Positions 1-16,288 of a DNA stretch of 47,802 nt are shown piece by piece. How positions within the stretch are numbered: position 1 is the stretch's first letter; every line of letters starts with the position of its first letter. The stretch spans positions 1 through 47,802 of the forward strand of contig JBBDRF010000027.1 of the NCBI GenBank assembly GCA_040905565.1, given 5' to 3'. A model generated the notes under the pieces. The model saw nothing but the letters and a program-made list of their open reading frames with translations, did not search any database and was not told the DNA's origin. The DNA comes from Phycisphaeraceae bacterium (lineage in GTDB: Bacteria; Planctomycetota; Phycisphaerae; Phycisphaerales; Zrk34). Both the position numbers and the translations under genes were made by a program.

Positions 1-1
1 C

Positions 2-469
2 ATCTGGCCCATGCTCAACAACAAGTTCCTTCAGCAGGATCGCGTGGGCGTGAAGTTACTTCTGCCGCTTGAGCTGCGTCACCTGCTCCGCCGGGAGGAC
101 GAAGATTTCTATCAGCGGGCCCGGCTGGATAAACAGCACATGATCGACCGTCTGGTCTGGAGCGGCACCACGCTGTACGACCTGTGCAATCAGCGCCTTC
201 AGGCCTGCCGCACTGACGAGAGCGAGCCGGTCACGCTGGCGGAGCTGTTCGATGAGGATGTCCACCGGCAGGACGTGATCGACGCACTCGACCAGATGCA
301 ACAGCCCCGCGATGCGTTCAAGTTCCTCTACCAGATCATCCAGGAACACTGCTCGAACGTGCCCGACGACGCACCCGCCTACCGCATCCCCCGGCTGACC
401 CTGCAAAGCATCCGCAAACAACAATCCCAACGCGTCCAGGAACTCCAACGCGGCCTATCCCCGGCCTAA
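2..469 (+). CDS. 5'-truncated conserved hypothetical protein (C-terminal part; possibly the lid region of a P-loop/AAA+-like protein)
   Basis: Frame is open from the window edge (ATC TGG CCC ATG...) to TAA 467-469 with GC3-rich codons. Segments IWPMLNNKFL, FYQRARLDKQ and QPRDAFKFLY resemble a planctomycete hypothetical family (from memory). Confidence 0.7.
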   Translation: MWPMLNNKFLQQDRVGVKLLLPLELRHLLRREDEDFYQRARLDKQHMIDRLVWSGTTLYDLCNQRLQACRTDESEPVTLAELFDEDVHRQDVIDALDQMQQPRDAFKFLYQIIQEHCSNVPDDAPAYRIPRLTLQSIRKQQSQRVQELQRGLSPA

Positions 470-503
470 CCCCCCCACTGCCCCCCCACCGCCGCGCCGC
501 AAT

Positions 504-699
504 AACAGAGCCGGGCTGTCCCCAGCCCGGTTCGGCGGCCGCGCGCTAATGAATGCTCAAGGCCCAATGCTCAAAGAGCAGGGGTGCCCCGGCCAGCGAG
601 CGCTCAGCGAGACGGCCGGGCGTCTGTTCCAGGTGAGAACCGCTGCATCAGGCTTCGGCAAGCTGCCATGTACCGGGCTGGGGACAGCCCGGCTCTGTT
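504..699. repeat. REP-doublet/MITE-like element: perfect 28-bp inverted repeats (504-531 and 672-699), each itself a hairpin
   Basis: AACAGAGCCGGGCTGTCCCCAGCCCGGT at 504-531 has its exact reverse complement at 672-699. Each arm contains the palindrome CCGGGCTG-N4-CAGCCCGG. Confidence 0.8.
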
Positions 700-861
700 T
701 ATCGGCGGGGCATCTGCCTGCGTGCTGCGCAGTGCTGGCTACCGATGCCTGCGTTATAGGCATCGGTAGCGAGGCAGTCTCACATATCGCCTTTTCATGG
801 CGACGCTAACCTCCTGATAATAAAAGCGTTGCGATCACATCTCCCCCGCCGCCTGCGAAAG

Positions 862-877
862 TGGCACGCTGGTTGCA
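862..877 (+). promoter_or_regulatory. sigma54 (RpoN) -24/-12 promoter
   Basis: TGGCAC-GCTGG-TTGCA matches TGGCAC-N5-TTGCW with the correct GG-N10-GC spacing, ~85 nt upstream of the porin ATG. Confidence 0.75.
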
Positions 878-962
878 CTATACCGGGAGAATCTGCCACT
901 GGTCGGCAGTATGGGGCCCCATGGCGGGCACTTGCCTTTTTCACCTTCAGGAGACGCGCATC

Positions 963-1886
963 ATGTTCCATTCCCATCGCACCCTCAACAGACCTTCGCG
1001 TTGGCTCAAGGCCGGCAGCGGCGTCGCAGCGCTTGCGGCGGCCCTGACGCTGGTCCCAGCCTCACCGGCGCAGGCGCAGGAAGACGCACTGGCCGATCCG
1101 AACCTCGGCCGGGTGTCGCTGGACGTCGGCGTCGACTTCGCGACCGACTACTTCTTCCGTGGCTTCCCGCAGGAGAACCAGGGCCTGATCGCCCAGCCGT
1201 GGGCGGAAGTCGGCTTCAGCCTTTACGAAGGCGACGGCGCGATCAACAGCCTCGACGCCTACGTCGGCGTCTGGAACTCCCTGCACACCCACAAGGACCT
1301 CGCCACGGAGGCTCCGAGCAACTGGTACGAAGCGGATTTCTACACCGGCGTGACCGTCGGCCTCTTTGATGACTGGGAAGTCGGCTTCGTCTACACCGCG
1401 TACATGTACCCCGGCTACGACATCGACTCCATCAACGAAGTCGGCCTTACCCTGGCCTACGACGACTCGGAACTGCTTGGCGACTTCGCCATGGCGCCGT
1501 ACGTCGGCTTCTTCTTCGAGACCGATTCGGGCTCGTCGGAGAACAGGTACTTCGAAGTCGGGTTCGGCCCGTCGTTCGACCTGATCGAATCGCAGGACGA
1601 CGGCGTGGGGCTGGCGCTCTCGATCCCCGTGACTGTGGGTCTGGATATGGGCGAGTACTACGGCGACAACACGTTCGGCTTCTTCGATATCGGGGCCGTC
1701 GTCTCCACGCCGCTGGGCTTCATCCCCGGCGACTTCGGCGCGTGGGAAGCCTACGCGGGTGTCCACTACATCCGCCTCGGTAATCAGGCCGCCGCTGCGG
1801 GTGCTCCCGACTTCGGGTTCCCCGGCATCACCGACGGTGGCAAAAACCACGTCTACGGAACCCTGGGTTTCAGCATGTCGTACTAA
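963..1886 (+). CDS. TorF-like (TIGR02001/Gcw_chp) putative outer-membrane beta-barrel porin
   Basis: SD-like CAGGAG precedes ATG 963. Signal peptide ends in AQA. Motifs TDYFFRG, YVGVWNS and YEADFYTG, alternating beta strands and a C-terminal aromatic residue (GFSMSY). Confidence 0.75.
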   Translation: MFHSHRTLNRPSRWLKAGSGVAALAAALTLVPASPAQAQEDALADPNLGRVSLDVGVDFATDYFFRGFPQENQGLIAQPWAEVGFSLYEGDGAINSLDAYVGVWNSLHTHKDLATEAPSNWYEADFYTGVTVGLFDDWEVGFVYTAYMYPGYDIDSINEVGLTLAYDDSELLGDFAMAPYVGFFFETDSGSSENRYFEVGFGPSFDLIESQDDGVGLALSIPVTVGLDMGEYYGDNTFGFFDIGAVVSTPLGFIPGDFGAWEAYAGVHYIRLGNQAAAAGAPDFGFPGITDGGKNHVYGTLGFSMSY

Positions 1887-1930
1887 TTTCGCGGGGTTCA
1901 TCTTTCGAAAGATAATCCCGTGAACTTGCC

Positions 1931-1964
1931 GCCCGCTCACTCCACCCGGTGAGCGGGCCTTTTT
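1931..1964 (+). terminator. Rho-independent terminator between the convergent porin and TIGR01777 genes
   Basis: Stem GCCCGCTCAC/GTGAGCGGGC followed by TTTTT. A second hairpin lies at ~1888-1924. Confidence 0.7.
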
Positions 1965-1970
1965 ATGCGC

Positions 1971-2921
1971 TCATTGCAGCAGGTCGGACAGTGCTGCGTC
2001 GAGGTTTAGGAAGTTGAATTTGAAGCCTTCGTCGGTGAGGCGTGTGGGGATGCATCGGCGGCCGCAGAGGGCGAGTTCGGGATCGGTGTTCATGACCCAG
2101 CGAGCCCCCAACCTGACCAGCGTTTCGGGGACGGGCGGGCTCCAGGGGCGGCCGAGCGCGCGGCGGAGGCTGGCCATGAACGCTTCGTTGCGGACCGGTT
2201 CGGGACTGGTCGCGTTGTAGATGCCTTGCATGCTCGGCTGACGGATGGCGGCTTCGAAGATGCGGTTGAGATCCTGCTGATGGATCCAGCTCATCCACTG
2301 CTTCCCGGAGCCGAGTCGGCCGCCGAGGCCCCGGCGGGCGAGTCTGGCGAGCCTGGCGAGCGGGCCGCCGTCCCTGCCGAGGACGAAGCTGATGCGCAGC
2401 GTGACGCCTCGCACTTCGGCGGGTTTGGCCGCTTCGTAGGCTGCCTCCCAGCGGGTGCAGACGTGCGGTGCGAAGCCCTCGCCGAACCACGTGTTTTCGT
2501 CGCAGCAGGTCTCGGCGGGGTCGCCGTAGATGTGCGTCGAGGCGGCCTGCACCCAGGCGTCCGGCGGGCGTTCGCAGCTGCGGATGGCGTCGCCGATGAG
2601 TTTGACGGAGTTGAGGCGCGAGCGGAGGATTTCGTCGCGCTGCTCGGGGGTCTTGCGGCAATCGACACTTCGGCCGACGACGTTGACGACCGCCGCGGCT
2701 CCATCGAGCGCTGCGGCCCAGGGGCCGACGCTCTCGCCGTCCCAAGCCTGCCATTGCGAAGGCTCAAACTGCGGGCGACTTCGGCTGACGACGATGACCT
2801 TCACGCCCTGCGTCATCAGCGACCGCGCCAGCCCGCGGCCGAGAAACCCGCTGCCGCCGACGATCACGACCGGCCCGTCGGCTGCGGCATCGCTGTTCGT
2901 GTTCGCTGTCGCTTCAGTCAT
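1971..2921 (-). CDS. TIGR01777 family NAD-dependent epimerase/oxidoreductase (YfcH-like)
   Basis: Rossmann motif GGSGFLG; GLGGRLGSGKQWMSWIH; YNATSPEPVRN; C-terminal GFKFNFLNLDAAL. Confidence 0.9.
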   Translation of the reverse strand: MTEATANTNSDAAADGPVVIVGGSGFLGRGLARSLMTQGVKVIVVSRSRPQFEPSQWQAWDGESVGPWAAALDGAAAVVNVVGRSVDCRKTPEQRDEILRSRLNSVKLIGDAIRSCERPPDAWVQAASTHIYGDPAETCCDENTWFGEGFAPHVCTRWEAAYEAAKPAEVRGVTLRISFVLGRDGGPLARLARLARRGLGGRLGSGKQWMSWIHQQDLNRIFEAAIRQPSMQGIYNATSPEPVRNEAFMASLRRALGRPWSPPVPETLVRLGARWVMNTDPELALCGRRCIPTRLTDEGFKFNFLNLDAALSDLLQ

Positions 2922-2997
2922 GGCCGGGCTCCCGCGTCGTTGTAAACCAAAGCGTCAGCATAACATCCCACACGTGGTCGGCAGTGTGGGCGGTGAC

Positions 2998-3038
2998 AAA
3001 AAAAGACGCCCCCCAGCTGCGAGGCCGGGAGGCGTCTT
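2998..3038 (-). terminator. Rho-independent terminator after the RRM gene
   Basis: Stem AAGACGCC...GGCGTCTT with an A7 run on + (U-tract on -). Confidence 0.7.
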
Positions 3039-3106
3039 CGTATTTTCGAAACCGCTTGATGGATCCGGATTCAGAACCCGGGACGATCAGGGGCGATTAG
3101 CGAGGC

Positions 3107-3505
3107 TTAATAGCGGTCGCGACCGCCGCCGCCACCACCACCGTAGCCGCCGCCGCGGCCGCCGCCACCGCCGCCGCCGTAGCCGCCGCCTCGGCCGCCG
3201 CCACCACCGCCGCCGCCGTAACCACCACGGCCGCCGCCGCCACCGCCGCCGCGATCTTCACGGGGCTTGGCTTCATTGACGGTAAGGGCCCGGCCGCCGA
3301 AGTCGCTGCCGTTGAGGGCCTCGATGGCTGCCTCGGCCTCGTCTTCGCTGTCCATTTCCACGAACCCGAAGCCTTTGCTTCGGCCGGTCATGCGATCCTG
3401 GATGATCTGAGCACTGCGCACGGTGCCGAACTGCCCGAACAGTTGCTCAAGATCACCGTCATTGGCGTCATAAACCAGATTTCCAACATAGAGCTTGCGG
3501 CCCAT
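3107..3505 (-). CDS. RRM-domain RNA-binding protein with Gly-rich tail
   Basis: RNP2 KLYVGNL and RNP1 KGFGFVEM, GGGGRGGGY repeats, SD AGGAG before the ATG. Confidence 0.95.
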   Translation of the reverse strand: MGRKLYVGNLVYDANDGDLEQLFGQFGTVRSAQIIQDRMTGRSKGFGFVEMDSEDEAEAAIEALNGSDFGGRALTVNEAKPREDRGGGGGGGRGGYGGGGGGGGRGGGYGGGGGGGRGGGYGGGGGGGRDRY

Positions 3506-3868
3506 GCTACGTCTCCTGTCTGCGGGCCTTGTGGCCCCTTGCTGCGGAAGCGATGCGTAAAGGCACTGTGCCCATTACCACATCTTTGTCTGTTTTCGCC
3601 ATGTCCATCGTCATCACACCGTCGCTCGACGCTCCCGTGGCAGCAATCGCCTGCTGAGCGACAGAATCGCGCAACAAAAATTCCCGGTCCTCGGTAGGAC
3701 AGGAAACGGCTTGAGCCTGCGTTAGGGTTGGATCGATCTTGCCTTGTTCGCAGAGCGCGTGAAGGCGGGTCTTGCTGACCCCGTGATCTTGAGATGGCAT
3801 CGCGGAATGCGTACTTTCAACTAGAAAAAGGGCAGAGCGGCCTTGTGCCGATACCTGGATTCACCGTT

Positions 3869-3897
3869 ATGATACGCTAAATCACGGCGCGGGACAA
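3869..3897 (-). promoter_or_regulatory. sigma70-like promoter for the RRM gene leader
   Basis: On the - strand TTGTCC-N17-TATCAT, just downstream of the rpoC terminator. Confidence 0.55.
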
Positions 3898-3961
3898 TGC
3901 CTGTTCAAGCATTATCGGATTTTATTTTCTCACCGTCGCCTCCTCCCTCCCGCGCCATCGC

Positions 3962-3996
3962 AAAAAAAAACGCCCGCCGAAGGTCGGCGGGCGTTT
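3962..3996 (-). terminator. Rho-independent terminator of the rpoBC operon
   Basis: 10-bp stem CGCCCGCCGA/TCGGCGGGCG with an A9 run on + (U9 on -). Confidence 0.85.
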
Positions 3997-4023
3997 GGGG
4001 ATTCAAGTTTGGCGATCGATCGC

Positions 4024-8472
<4,449 letters not shown>

Positions 8473-8624
8473 CTGTATGTTTGCTCCGACCTTCGATGTT
8501 TCCAGCCCCCGAAGGAACTGGTGAGTTGCTTTTTGCGGCGTGACGGCGGCGGCCGCCACGCGATGAGCAGTTCCGCCAGCCAGGGCCATGTGGCCCTGAC
8601 CGGCGGGCGGTGCTTACGGCGTGA

Positions 8625-12410
<3,786 letters not shown>

Positions 12411-12765
12411 GTGATCACACCTTCGTGGGGGTTAGAAGAAATAACGAACAAAGCTCGGGTCATGGGCCTGAGATTCCACCGCAGCAGATTTAAAGCGCAC
12501 CTTGACCCGCGAAGGGGGAGTATAGGCCCGGTAACCGGGGTGGACAACCAAGGCGGAAGAAGATTTTGACGCACACCTGAGCCCCCTTCGGTCTGAGGTC
12601 GGCGGAGTGCCCGTCGTGGGTCCAGTCCGTCGTCGCGACGCGAAACACCGCGACCGGGCCGCCGGTTCATGCCCGGCGGCCCGAAGGCGCGGTTGTGTGC
12701 CGTACTTTCTCCCGCAGGCCGACCAGGCATTGCCTTGGCCTCGACCTGCGAAAGACAGGCTTGCT

Positions 12766-13176
12766 TTACTTGACTTCGACGTCGCCGCCGACTTCCTTGA
12801 TCTTCTCGGCGAGCGCGTCGGCGTCTTCCTTGGAGATGCCTTCCTTGATCGCCTTGGGAGCGCTGTCGACCAGTTCCTTGGCCTCTTTGAGCCCAAGACC
12901 CGTCGCTTCGCGGACGACCTTGATGACCTGGATCTTCTTGTCGCCCGGGCCGTTGAGCACCACGTCGAACGCGGTCTGCTCTTCGGCTTCGGCTTCGCCA
13001 CCACCAGCAGGACCGGCCATCATGACCGCGCCACCGGCTGCGGGCTCGAGACCGTAGGCGTCCTTGAGGTAGTCCTTGAGATCGACGGCCTGCTTCAGGG
13101 TGAGATCGGCGATCTTGTCACCGAGTTCTTTGATCGCGGCATCTACTTCGACTGTTGCTGCGGCTTCGTCAGCCAT
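12766..13176 (-). CDS. rplL: 50S ribosomal protein L7/L12
   Basis: [24 protein letters not shown]; position upstream of rpoB. Confidence 0.97.
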   Translation of the reverse strand: MADEAAATVEVDAAIKELGDKIADLTLKQAVDLKDYLKDAYGLEPAAGGAVMMAGPAGGGEAEAEEQTAFDVVLNGPGDKKIQVIKVVREATGLGLKEAKELVDSAPKAIKEGISKEDADALAEKIKEVGGDVEVK

Positions 13177-13320
13177 GTTTACGCTCCAATTGCTGCAATT
13201 TGTCGCTTCCGAGAGGTGATCGACCTTCGATCATTTAACCCCTTGCGGGGCCAGTCGGTAGCGAGGGTGAATATTTCAATGCTCGGTCGATTGCGGACCC
13301 GTACAGGGCCTGCGAACGGC

Positions 13321-13863
13321 TCAAGCGACTTTTTCGATGCTCTCGCCTTTTTCGAGCTTCTCTTCGATCGTCGAGAGGATGCTCGCGATGGCGGAACCGG
13401 CGGACGTCGCCGCCCCGATGACCTGACCAGCCGGGCCGATGATGACCTGGATGACTTCGCCCTGGGCTTCGAGCCGGGTGGGGAACTTGGAAAGGCGTTC
13501 AATTTCGTCAGCCTGGAAGACGGTGCCTTCCATGACCGCGCCTTTGACGTCCATCTCCTTGACTTTCTTGGCCCAGTCGATGATTTCCCGGGCGACATCG
13601 ACGACGCTTTCGCCGCCGTAGACCACGGCCGTGGGGCCGGTCATCATGTCGCTGATCGGGGCAAGGGCGGTGTCGGAGAAGACCTTGCGTGCGAGGGCAT
13701 TTTGCACGACGCGGACGCGGATCTGCTTCTCAGCGAGGCCGGTGCGGAGGGCGTTGTTGTCGTTGGCGGGGACGCCGCGGATATCAACCAGCACGACGTC
13801 GGTGACGTCTTCGAACGCCTGCTGATACGTCCGCATGATCATTTCTTTAACGGGCTTGCTCAT
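13321..13863 (-). CDS. rplJ: 50S ribosomal protein L10
   Basis: L10-like sequence (VRVVQNALAR, MTGPTAVVY) between rplA and rplL. Confidence 0.93.
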   Translation of the reverse strand: MSKPVKEMIMRTYQQAFEDVTDVVLVDIRGVPANDNNALRTGLAEKQIRVRVVQNALARKVFSDTALAPISDMMTGPTAVVYGGESVVDVAREIIDWAKKVKEMDVKGAVMEGTVFQADEIERLSKFPTRLEAQGEVIQVIIGPAGQVIGAATSAGSAIASILSTIEEKLEKGESIEKVA

Positions 13864-13930
13864 GGTCGGCTTTCCTCAATGCTCTGCGGAGCCGGGCATC
13901 ACCGGCTCGGGTAGTCGTTTACGGCGGCGA

Positions 13931-14611
13931 TCAGACGGCGGCGAGGACGCCTGGCGTCTGCGTACCCGCCAGCGAGGCCCGCTTGATGTACTGGCCCTTG
14001 GAGGCGGTGGGCTTGACACGCTGAATCAGGTCGATCATGTGGCGTGCGTTGGCTTCGAGGTGCTCGGCGGGGAAGCTGAGCTTGCCGATGGGCACGTGGA
14101 TGTTGCCGCCTGCGTCGTTGCGGAACTCGACCTTGCCGGCTGCGTATTCGGTGACGGCCTTGGCGACGTCGGGCGTGACGGTGCCGGCCTTCGGCGAGGG
14201 CATCAACCCGCGGGGGCCGAGCACGCGACCGAGGCGACTGACGACACGCATCATGTCAGGCGAAGCGACGGCGACGTCGAATTCCATCCAGCCGCCTTCA
14301 ATCTTCTTCACCAGATCTTCGCCACCCGCTTCAACGGCACCGGCTTCCTTGGCAGCGGCGGCTTTGTCTTCACCACAGAAGGCGACGACGCGTTTGGTGC
14401 GACCCGTGCCGTGCGGCAGCGAAACCGCGCCGCGGACCTGCTGGTCTGCCTGCTTGGGATCGATGCCCAGGTGCAGGCACAATTCGATGGTCTGATCGTT
14501 CTTCGTGGCGGTGAACTGCTTGACGACGGCGACGGCTTCATCCAACGGATAAGCACGGTTCGCGTCGCGTTTTTCGACATCACTGCGGTAACGTTTGCCT
14601 TTTCGGGCCAT
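13931..14611 (-). CDS. rplA: 50S ribosomal protein L1
   Basis: LGIDPKQADQQVRG, LGPRGLMPSPKAGTVT. Confidence 0.97.
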   Translation of the reverse strand: MARKGKRYRSDVEKRDANRAYPLDEAVAVVKQFTATKNDQTIELCLHLGIDPKQADQQVRGAVSLPHGTGRTKRVVAFCGEDKAAAAKEAGAVEAGGEDLVKKIEGGWMEFDVAVASPDMMRVVSRLGRVLGPRGLMPSPKAGTVTPDVAKAVTEYAAGKVEFRNDAGGNIHVPIGKLSFPAEHLEANARHMIDLIQRVKPTASKGQYIKRASLAGTQTPGVLAAV

Positions 14612-14730
14612 GATCGCTTTCCCTTAACGGTGAAGCTCCCACTGTTCTTCGGCCGTGGTATGCCTCCCCCCACCGCTGTGCCCGCGAAGAGCGTGACATG
14701 TGGAGGGACTGTTCTGTTTTGCGGAAGGAA

Positions 14731-15156
14731 TCAGCCTTCGACGGTGATGCCCATGCTGCGAGCGGTGCCTGCGATGGTGCGGCAGGCGGCTTCAAGCGAG
14801 CTGGCATTCATGTCGGCGAGCTTTTCCTTGGCGATGGCTTCGATCTGCTCCTGCGTGATCTTGCCGACCTTTTCCTTGTGCGGCACGCCGGAGCCCTTCT
14901 CGACACCGGCGGCGTCCTTAATGAGGACGGGCGCGGGAGGGGACTTGATCTCGAAATCGAAAGAGCGATCGTTGTAGACCGTGATGACGCAGCCGACGAC
15001 CTTGCCGTTCATTTCACGCGTTTTTTCGTTAAACTGCGTGATAAACTGGCCCGGGTTCACACCGTGCTGACCGAGGGCGGGGCCGATGGGCGGCGCGGGG
15101 GTCGCTTTGCCGCCGGGTGCCTGAATCTTGAACTGCGTCGTAATCTGCTTAGCCAT
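14731..15156 (-). CDS. rplK: 50S ribosomal protein L11
   Basis: [15 protein letters not shown] and [10 protein letters not shown]. Start reassigned to ATG 15156 (MAKQITT), with SD-like AAAGGT upstream. Confidence 0.97.
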   Translation of the reverse strand: MAKQITTQFKIQAPGGKATPAPPIGPALGQHGVNPGQFITQFNEKTREMNGKVVGCVITVYNDRSFDFEIKSPPAPVLIKDAAGVEKGSGVPHKEKVGKITQEQIEAIAKEKLADMNASSLEAACRTIAGTARSMGITVEG

Positions 15157-15246
15157 CGCGTTGCTTACCTTTCTGGAGTTCGACGTGCGAGCCTTACTCA
15201 GAGCCCTCTTAGAGCGAATCAAGGCCCGAAGTCAGTCGAGCCGATT

Positions 15247-15255
15247 AGCTTAGCA
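15247..15255 (-). promoter_or_regulatory. Extended -10 promoter element for the rplK operon
   Basis: TG-C-TAAGCT on the - strand with A/T tracts upstream (15289-15308). The same 9-mer precedes the desaturase gene. Confidence 0.45.
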
Positions 15256-15409
15256 ATAATCGCCCGGTGCTGCCAGTGCGTGAGAGGAAAAAAGTTTGCG
15301 TTTTTTTTGACCGGGGGCGGCGGCGGGACCGGCGAGACGTAGTCTCGCGGCTATTGGGGTTTGGGTGGCGGGGTTGCGTGATCGGCTTGAGCTTGCGATG
15401 TTGGCGAGC

Positions 15410-16264
15410 ATGGATGAGCGACGGATTCAGCGCGCGGCCAGGCAAAGCCTCCGCATCGACCAACTGCTCGGCGCGGCTTCGGTGCCCCTCGGCAGCGGCG
15501 GCGAGATGATGGAACTTCTACAAACCGCCGCCCCCCCCCCACCATCAACCCCCTCGACATCGACACCCGCAGCGCACGCCCCGGCACGCCCGGCGCGTCA
15601 ACCGGCCACGAAGACCGGCGTCCTGCAGGCGGGTGGACGGGCCGACGAACCTTTACCGGCGGATACGATGACGCTTGACGAAAAGATCGCAGCACTCGAA
15701 GCACTCGCCACCGAGCACGCAGCCCAGTGCCCGCACTGCTCACCGCAGGCAGGCAAACTCAATATGGTCTTCGGCGAAGGCGATCCGGACGCTGCGGTGA
15801 TGTTCGTCGGCGAAGGGCCCGGGGCGGATGAGGATCGGCTGGGCCGGCCGTTCGTGGGGCGAGCGGGGCAACTGCTGGACAAGCAGATCACGGCGATGGG
15901 CCTGGAGCGGGAGCAGGTCTACATCGCGAACATCGTGAAAACCCGGCCGCCCGCCAACCGGGTGCCGACGCCCGCCGAGGCGGCCTTGTGCATGCCGTAC
16001 CTGCAGCGGCAAATCGAAATCATCCACCCCAAGGTGCTCGTGAGCCTGGGGGCGACTTCGGCGAAATATCTGCTGAGCAACCCGAAGCTGCAGATCACCA
16101 AGGAACGCGGCACGTGGCGCGACTTCCGAGGCATCCAGCTCATGCCCACCTTCCACCCCGCCTACCTGCTCCGTGCCTACACACGTGAGAATCGGCTTGC
16201 CGTGTGGGATGATCTGAAAAAGGTGCTCGAGACGGCGGGCTACCCGGTGCCGGCCGGCAAGTAG
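15410..16264 (+). CDS. Uracil-DNA glycosylase family 4
   Basis: [19 protein letters not shown] and [11 protein letters not shown] motifs. The start is uncertain; ATG 15410 preferred. Confidence 0.9.
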   Translation: MDERRIQRAARQSLRIDQLLGAASVPLGSGGEMMELLQTAAPPPPSTPSTSTPAAHAPARPARQPATKTGVLQAGGRADEPLPADTMTLDEKIAALEALATEHAAQCPHCSPQAGKLNMVFGEGDPDAAVMFVGEGPGADEDRLGRPFVGRAGQLLDKQITAMGLEREQVYIANIVKTRPPANRVPTPAEAALCMPYLQRQIEIIHPKVLVSLGATSAKYLLSNPKLQITKERGTWRDFRGIQLMPTFHPAYLLRAYTRENRLAVWDDLKKVLETAGYPVPAGK

Positions 16265-16288
16265 CAAGCGGACGGCGGAGGGTGTGAT

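Noticed and set aside
504..699. CRISPR array
   Set aside because: Only two copies, inverted rather than direct, and no cas genes.
922..935. Second sigma54-like motif TGGCGGGCACTTGC
   Set aside because: GG-to-GC spacing is 9 nt instead of the required 10.
3121..3252. GCC tandem repeats as an array or VNTR
   Set aside because: They encode the Gly-rich tail of the RRM protein; there is no repeat-spacer structure.
13864..13930. L10 leader
   Set aside because: The gap is only 67 nt with one simple hairpin; the consensus is not convincingly present.
14652..14676. Possible L1-binding autoregulatory hairpin before rplA (GTGG...CCAC on -)
   Set aside because: The position is plausible, but I cannot match the internal-loop consensus by eye; it needs a covariance model.
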